In this document: positions 62,925 to 64,000 of the stretch, one piece after another | How the letters are laid out: each line of letters begins with the position of its first letter | How positions within the stretch are numbered: position 1 is the stretch's first letter | Assembly: GCF_018977255.1 (NCBI RefSeq) | Contig: NW_024704742.1 | Span: forward strand, 29,576,001-29,640,000 | Direction: 5' to 3' | Length of the DNA: 64,000 nucleotides | Source: Callorhinchus milii | Lineage: Eukaryota | The notes under the pieces: generated by a model | What the model was told of the DNA's origin: nothing | Seen by the model: only the letters and a program-made list of their open reading frames with translations | Databases searched by the model: none | Translations under genes and position numbers: made by a program

Positions 62925-63160
62925 ACCTCTATTTACCTGGCAGTAAGTAGGAACCTGGCTCTTAGTCAATTGGCATATCGCTTTTCCGGGGGTAATAATT
63001 CCTCCCCCACAAAAAACATTTGGTCACTCAAACCATGACTGTTTGTGGGACATTGCTGTGTGCAATTGGCTGCTGCATTTCGCTCACAAATCTGTGAACC
63101 TTTGAGAGGTCTCGACGACGTGATAAAGCGCTATATCAAATGCAAGAATTATTATTATTA
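62925..63160 (+). mobile_element. tRNA-derived SINE, 5'-truncated (long form)
   Basis: ctctatttacctggcagtaagtaggaacc...caagaattattatt. Confidence 0.8.
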
Positions 63161-63509
63161 TAAAGTAAAATAATCCTTGCTTTTGACATAGTGCCTATCA
63201 CATCAAAGTGTCTGAAGCGTTTTCAGTAAAGTGCAGGGACTGTGTTGGTAGGTGAATGCAGAGGCCAATTTGCACACAGCAATGTGCCACAAGCAGCTGT
63301 GAGCAAAAAAAAACATTTTTTTTTAACCTGGCAGATTGAGAAAAGAGATTCTCATTCCGCATGGGATAGTATGCAGCACATTTAGTAAGTCCACCACAGT
63401 TTGATACACTCTGCCCACACTTGCATTTACCAGCGAATGCAGGGAATGGATACCAGGAACCGAACACTGAAAGTGTTAAGAGAAATGAAGGATAGCTAGA
63501 AAAAGAAGA

Positions 63510-63800
63510 ATCTTCAGCCTCTGAAATGATGTCTCAGAGGAGGCCTGCTGGAGGTATATAAAGTGCTAAATGGTAAAGAGGATGTAAGCCAACAATAATC
63601 TTTTCAGATATGACAAGGGAGTAGAACAAGATAGCACAGTTTCAGGATTGTGAAAGGCAATTTTAAGACAGACACCAGGAAGTATTTCTTTACCCATAGG
63701 GTAATCAACAGATGGGACAGGTTACTAGGAAGAGTGGTTGAGGCCAGGACACTAGACTCATTTAAGAAACAGCTTGATGCTGCGATGGGAAGGTACTTTG
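63510..63800 (+). mobile_element. CR1 3' fragment
   Basis: KGNFKTDTRKYFFTHRVINRWDRL...[15 protein letters not shown], a canonical CR1 end. Confidence 0.8.
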
Positions 63801-63814
63801 TAAGAATGAGATCA

Positions 63815-64000
63815 AATAATAATAATAATAATAATCCTTGTATTTGATATAGCATCTTAGCAAGTCTTCAAGATGTCTCACAGCGCTTCACAGAATATAC
63901 TGTAAAGTGAATTGACTGTACATTTTGTGGGCAAAATGTGGCAGCCAATTGCGCACAGCGGTGTCCTACAAACAGTCGTGGATTGAAGTGACCAATTTTT
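63815..64000 (-). mobile_element. tRNA-derived SINE 3' part (runs off the right edge)
   Basis: (aat)n ccttgtatttgatatagc...aattgcgcacagcggtgtcc. Confidence 0.85.

Overview
Vertebrate genomic DNA, most likely a cartilaginous fish (the SINE/L2/Deu-SINE content suggests a holocephalan such as elephant shark; species is an inference). It carries the conserved SETD7(-)/MGST2(+)/MAML3(-) block. SETD7 exons 2-8: complement join 27724-27853, 22604-22805, 18922-19111, 17708-17789, 15580-15697, 15337-15494, 14140-14314. MGST2 exons 2-5: join 30139-30238, 31566-31636, 32674-32755, 33585-33717. MAML3 last three coding exons: complement join 48611-48865, 45574-45691, 40196-41166. All visible introns are GT-AG with continuous frames. 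The first coding exons of SETD7 and MGST2 are not visible and probably lie in the 30-N gap at 29380-29409, implying a head-to-head promoter. At the left edge is the first coding exon (352->188, minus) of an unnamed CD20/MS4A-like membrane protein gene, with a candidate upstream element at ~4.6-5.2 kb rich in Scratch-type CAACAGGT motifs. The rest is dense in tRNA-derived SINEs, Deu-domain SINEs, AmnSINE2-like relics, 5'-truncated L2 and CR1 LINEs, and one hAT MITE. I found no convincing wholly new biological system. The best leads are the orphan membrane gene, the hidden divergent promoter with an adjacent ARE and D-box, and several template-switch or nested retroposon structures. Repeat boundaries are approximate and family names come from recalled consensus features, not a database search.
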